The translations under genes and the position numbers were made by a program. The notes below the pieces were generated by a model. The model ran no database searches. It saw only the letters and a list, made by a program, of their open reading frames with translations, and was not told the origin of the DNA. From a virus: 64,000 bases of DNA. Below, piece after piece: positions 63,903 to 64,000 of the stretch. Position 1 is the first letter of the stretch, and every line of letters starts with the position of its first letter. The stretch is from the IMG/VR virus record IMGVR_UViG_3300049617_000088, positions 31,714 to 95,713 of that record. One strand, given 5' to 3'.

Positions 63903-64000
63903 CAAAATTGCAATTATGACATAGGACTCTAAATATATCTGGATAATTATTATTAATAATCCAGTGGATTATATGTGATCCTACTTGTTTACGATGAATG

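Noticed and set aside
1-64000. Retron, diversity-generating retroelement, integrase, transposase, introns or inteins
   Set aside because: No reverse transcriptase, recombinase or splicing motifs seen; LysRS, RtcB, the ligases and the helicase are uninterrupted.

Overview
This 64-kb window looks like the accessory (probably early/middle) region of a large, jumbo-type dsDNA bacteriophage. It holds well over 100 short, tightly packed genes, almost all on the minus strand, and no recognisable structural or core replication genes. Recognisable content is dominated by tRNA and RNA maintenance: class II lysyl-tRNA synthetase, RtcB, two Rnl2-type RNA ligases, a HAD phosphatase, a HIT hydrolase, a SpoU/TrmH methylase, a Trbp111-type tRNA-binding protein, a frameshifted GatB/YqeY domain, five intact tRNAs (Leu-CAA, Arg-TCT, Leu-TAA, Gln-TTG, Lys-TTT) and one orphan tRNA 3' half. 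Other genes include free-standing HNH/GIY-YIG endonucleases (one beside every tRNA locus), a UvrD-like helicase and host-like enzymes (Fe/Mn SOD, CoaE, PLP aminotransferase, amidohydrolase, cysteine hydrolase, M50 protease, EamA). Signals the ORF track does not explain: (i) eight co-oriented copies of a fixed-spacing element ACCCATCGTAAAACG-N9-YANNGNT, probably a phage-specific promoter; (ii) about eight paralogues ending in a W-x-(S/T)-S-x-x-C type tail; (iii) several structured intergenic RNA candidates, including an 18-bp hairpin presenting an anti-Shine-Dalgarno loop; (iv) a tRNA-Gln with a long variable arm; (v) genes broken by 22- and 32-bp tandem duplications, transition-type nonsense codons and homopolymer indels. 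The indels suggest sequencing error, so pseudogene calls are tentative. All product calls come from motif recognition by eye; no database search was run.
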